Shown: positions 59,555-64,000 of the stretch, piece after piece | Numbering within the stretch: the stretch's first letter is position 1 | Layout of the letters: the number at the start of each line of letters is the position of its first letter | Assembly (NCBI RefSeq): GCF_009914755.1 | Contig: NC_060931.1 | Source: the human T2T-CHM13v2.0 reference genome, Homo sapiens | Length of the DNA stretch: 64,000 nucleotides | Strand: one strand, 5' to 3' | The notes under the pieces: model-generated | Databases searched by the model: none | What the model saw: only the letters and a program-made list of their open reading frames with translations | Told to the model about the DNA's origin: nothing | Made by a program: the position numbers and the translations under genes

Positions 59555-59795
59555 GTTGGTTAAAAGTCTAGGCCCTGTGGTTAAACTGCCTGGAATGAAA
59601 TCTTGGCTTAGATACTAACTAAATATGTGATCTTGAGCAACATAATTTCTCTCTGACTGAGTTTCCTAATACACAGAAAGAGAAAAGTCACACCAGCTAT
59701 ATAGGGTCATTGTGAGGTTTAAATGAGATAGTACATGGACAAAAATGTCTTGCCAAAGTAAGCACGTAACGGATATTAGCTACAGTCCTCATCAT
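59555..59795 (+). mobile_element. MIR
   Basis: tggttaaaag...ctgcctggaatgaaatcttggct...tgtgatcttgagcaa...tgtgaggtttaaatgagata. Confidence 0.8.
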
Positions 59796-60665
59796 TGTCT
59801 GTGCTCCTTTTCGTCGTGTATCACCATAGAAAAGAAGGGAACGACTCGACTTAAAAGTTTTCTGGTAGTTCTTATCTAAATGATGCAAATAGATGAATTT
59901 TTAATACATGGATGTGGATTTGTGATATTTTAGGCTTTTGTGTTTGCACAGATAATTATGGCTTTTTAAAGAATCAAGTTATCAGATCATTTCATTTTCA
60001 GATATTAAAAAATAATGAAAATGGAAAAGTACATTGAAAATGTGATCATTGAGGGAATATATTTAGCAATAAGGAGATGACAATGCAACCAGGAGGGGCG
60101 AAGAGAGAGACAGAGATATAAATGAGCAAAACTTTCTTTGCTTTTGCAAGATCTGTTGTTTATAGGATAAGCCCAGTTGTTTTGCAGTCTAGCACTGATG
60201 CTTTCCATGGGAAGAGCACAGGCTGTGTATGTGCATGTGTGTGTGAGTTCAAGTGGTTTTACATTACTAATGAAACACAGACTTTTCCCAAGATAATCAA
60301 CTGGGGATTATAATTTACAGCAAAGAAGGTGTAGGTGCAGAAACTTAATTTCTGTGGCTAAAAACAGCTGGAAGTAAAGATGTCGCTGAAAAGACATTGT
60401 TGGTCCCTAAGCTAGTATTGACCCCACATGGAGAGGGAATCCCACAGCATTAAATAGGCGTCTGTAGACACAAACTGCCATGAAGTGATTCATTTATAAG
60501 GAAGGTACTAATTTTAAATAATACTCAAATCATTGTTAATTTCTGTACTATTTAATAGTATTAATCAGAGTGAACTCATCTGATACAGCAATAATCATAA
60601 GAACTGTTCTATAAGTTTCATTTCAAATTCTGCAATAATCATTGTGTCATCATGTTATCACATAC

Positions 60666-61094
60666 TGTTATGCGCATCCATGTGAAGCGACCACCACACA
60701 GGCTTTGTGTGAGCAATAAAGCTTTTTAATCACCTGGGTGCAGGCGAACTGACTCTGAAAAAGGAGTCAGCAAAGGGAGATAGGGGTGGGGCAGTTTTAT
60801 AGAATTTGGGTAGGTAGTAGAAAATTATTACAGTTAAAGGGGGTTGTTCTCTTGTGGGCAGGGGCAGGGGTCACAAGGTGCTCCTGAGATTCATTGTCCA
60901 GGAGAAGGAGTGTCACAAGGTAAATTGATCAGTTGAGGTGGGACACGAGCAAATCACAATGGTGGAATGTCATCAGTTAAGACAGGAACTGGCTATTTTT
61001 CACTTTTGTCGTTCTTCAGTTGCTTCAGGCCATCTGGATGTATACGTGCAGGTCACGGGATATGATGGCTTAGCTTGGGCTCAGAGGCCTGACA
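60666..61094 (-). mobile_element. HERV-H solo LTR (LTR7 family, LTR7B/C-like)
   Basis: Minus strand begins tgtcaggcctctgagcccaagctaagccatcatatccc and ends in ca. Perfect 5-bp TSD catac at 60661-60665 and 61095-61099. Confidence 0.95.
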
Positions 61095-61479
61095 CATACC
61101 AATTGGAGAATGTTGCCATGAAATGACATAAAAACAAAGACTATTAATGACTATCCTAATTATACTAGGAAGTAAATCAAAACTCTTCATCAGTTAGCTA
61201 CCATTCTTGTTAGCTGATTACAGCATGCATGTAAAAAATGTCTGGTAAAAATTATAGTATGTAAAACTAAGATATTTAGCTATGAAAACTTTCTATGTTC
61301 ATCTTTTATTATACAGCTTACATGATGCTTCAAAAAATAATTATAAATGTTGGCATTTTTAAAACACTTTTTCACGAATGTATTTGAAAAGTCTCTTCAT
61401 ATCAGAATTTAGGAGGCATACACATATGCTGTTATATACAGTTATATATACTTTACTAAAAATTGTTTCCTTTTGACTT

Positions 61480-61650
61480 GCCCTCTGATGAGTAACATTT
61501 CACAAGGTTACTCGGGTAACCTTGAGTAAATTACTCCATTTGGCTAATCCTTAGTTTCTTCTCTATGAGTGGTGATCAAAATGCCTACCCTGTCTTTTGA
61601 AAGCCAAATTAAGATAGGGGTTATCAAGCAGTGAATTGCCATAAAATGTA
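61480..61650 (+). mobile_element. MIR fragment
   Basis: taaccttgagtaaattact...ccttagtttcttctctatga...aatgcctaccct. Confidence 0.5.
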
Positions 61651-62432
61651 TTATGCATATTTTATCACATTTGTATTGTTATTATAAATATGTGTTTATA
61701 TGTATATCCTCCTTAGTGACCATGAGATCATCCAGGGTAGGAGCTCTCTGGAAATTTAGAAAACAAAGGAAAAAAAAAATTGAGGAAGTGGAAAATACAA
61801 AGGAATTTTCTCAGTGGTGTTTGTTCTATAAGCTCTAAACAGTAGGCCACCAACGTCCTTGAGAATCTTTCATTTATCTGTCTGTACCTCATAATTATAT
61901 CTGTCACTCTCGTTTTATTATCAGAAGATTTGCACAGTTCATTTTAAAGTCTAACTTGTCCTTTGTGCTGACTGCCACGCATGTCTGATGAAATATAACA
62001 AATTGAACAGAGGTGCCATTATTAAAGCAATCTGATAAAAAGCTGCAGTTGTGAGGTACACTGAAGAATATATTTGGTTTCTTCAGGGAATCAAAAGCAT
62101 TTCACATTTAAGTTATTTTCTGGAAACTTTTATGTGAATATACTACATTTTATCATGCAGAAATACTGTGTATCTTTTCTTTCTTTTGTAAAAGAGAGCA
62201 AACAGGATGGATATATCAATGAGTTACTACTAAGGTTTCAGTTTTTCTCATATGACAGACCCCCTGTAGGAAGAGGAATGGTGTTTCCATCAAAATTTGA
62301 TTATTTTTATATTAATATTTTTATTAATTTTTTTCAAATTTATATATATCTATTTAAATCTTAAGATAATTTTGCAAATAGCCACACACACAATTTTTCT
62401 AAATTTGATGAGTCTTCCATTTCACATAATTA

Positions 62433-62718
62433 CAGGAAATTTTCTCTTCATGTGATTCCTATCTGCAAGAATTCCATTTACTGGAATCGATTTAAATAAT
62501 ACCAGTCTTCCAACAACAGTTAAATTTCAATCCACAGCGTACTAACCATAATTGCATAAATTACAAACTTTGCTGCTAGGCCTTCAGTCCACAATTCACT
62601 ACATAAAGAGGAGACATACGTCATGATCAGTAACCAATCATGTCACTTCTTTCAAAGTCTCCAGTGATTGGTCACTGCGCATGTATAATTTGTATAATTC
62701 AGTTTATGCAGAGACAGG
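62433..62718 (+). mobile_element. Tigger13a-like DNA transposon, 5' part
   Basis: aattgcataaattacaaactttgctgctagg.cttcagtccaca...tgatcagtaaccaatcatgtcacttctttcaaagtct..gtgattggtcactgcgcat. Confidence 0.75.
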
Positions 62719-63607
62719 GACTTCATTCCCCTGTGTTCTGACCAGTTGGAGCTCCCAAAATGCCTGTGGCTACAGTTTGCTCACAGTGGTCACAAGTCTA
62801 TTGAAACATGAATCTTATTAATAGGTTTTTGTTTCTCCAGATTAAAGTCACAATTACCAAAGATTTAAATAAATGTTTTGTATATGTGAAAACTCTTTAA
62901 TGGCCTCATTTGCAAGTTGTTTTATGCGTATGATAGCTAGAATCTGCTCTCGACCAGTAGAAGGTAGTAGCATTTGCCAGAAATTTTGTAATGGTTCACA
63001 GACAATTCTATGCAAACAAGGTAATATTTCCTATGTTTTTATGTATAAATTATTTAGGAAAGGGGAAAATACATCATGATAATTTTTGAAAGAAAAAAGC
63101 CTTTAAAATTTTTCTGTTTCTCTTTTTCTAATTTCTAATACAGTTTATTTTGAGTGAAAAGGAGGAAAGGGAACTTAATTTGTGAAGCAACTGTTTCATT
63201 TTGTCAGTCCTCTGGGCTAAAAATATATAGAATGATTTGAAAGAACATGAAAAACTGTCATCTGGAACAGTTCCTAAAGTGAATGTGCAGTCACACCTTT
63301 ACTATTCTCTGATTATGCTGTGATTCTGGAAAATAAACAAGGTGTGCATTTCTCATTGAAATATGTCTTGGAATCTTCTCCAAATTAATACCTGCATGTT
63401 ATATGATGCATATCCATATGTGTACCTATAGCTGTTTATGTGCAAATGATAACTACTTTAACCAAACAATTTCCGCCATTTTCTTAATATTTCCATTGGG
63501 TAATCACCTTATTTAGGAAAATGCTGAGTCATAATGATAAATATAAAGCCACTAATTTGGATCTGTTTCTTTTCTCTAAGCAATATGTTCAATGAGAAAA
63601 ACATGTA

Positions 63608-63963
63608 AAGATGCTCCTCGATTTACAATGGAGTCACAACTCAATAAACCCATTGTATGTTGAAAGCAATGTAAGTTGAAAATGCGTTTAATACCTAGCA
63701 TGCATCACAGCTTAGCCAAGCTTACTGTAAACATGCTCAGAACACTTACATTAGTCTACAGTTGAGCAAAATTATCTAACACAAGTTCTATTATATAATA
63801 AAGCATTGAGTAGCTCAGGTAATTCATTGAACACTGTACTAAAAGTAAAACGCAGAGTTGTATGGGCACTCAAAGTATGATTCTACTCAATACTCATTTG
63901 CTTTTGCACCATCATAAAGCTGAAAATTTGTAAGGCAAATAATCGTAAGTCAGGGAGGGTTTG
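63608..63963 (+). mobile_element. MER47A (Tigger-type MITE), full length
   Basis: agatgctcctcgatttac...tgctcagaacacttacattag...cgtaagtcaggga terminal repeats, flanked by TA at 63606-07 and 63964-65. Confidence 0.88.
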
Positions 63964-64000
63964 TAGTTTCCTTTTTAACAAAATGGCAGAGGATTCTTTA

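Overview
This is primate (human-like) AT-rich non-coding genomic DNA, intronic or intergenic, and transposable elements dominate it. I find no host protein-coding gene, tRNA, rRNA or CRISPR array. The only long ORFs are dead LINE-1 ORF2 pieces. The window holds about 16 Alu/FAM SINEs, two 5'-inverted (twin-primed) L1PA insertions and an old L1M with five Alus and an L1MA nested in it (33.6-41.35 kb). It also holds several solo LTRs (MER57-like, MER34-like, a MER66 > L1PA16 > THE1C + MER4 nest, and HERV-H LTR7), Tigger/MER47 DNA transposon fossils, MIR/L2/CR1 relics and microsatellites. The most notable observations are: two different LTRs sharing one integration breakpoint inside a four-element nest; a well-formed candidate 102-nt + strand exon at 53061-53162; a ~220-nt G-quadruplex-prone expansion in an L1 3' UTR; an intact solo LTR7; a hairpin made of two perfect p53 half-sites; and an LTR orientation bias suggesting a + strand host transcript. 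I see no convincing evidence of a wholly new biological system. Subfamily names come from my recollection of consensus sequences and need RepeatMasker/Dfam confirmation.
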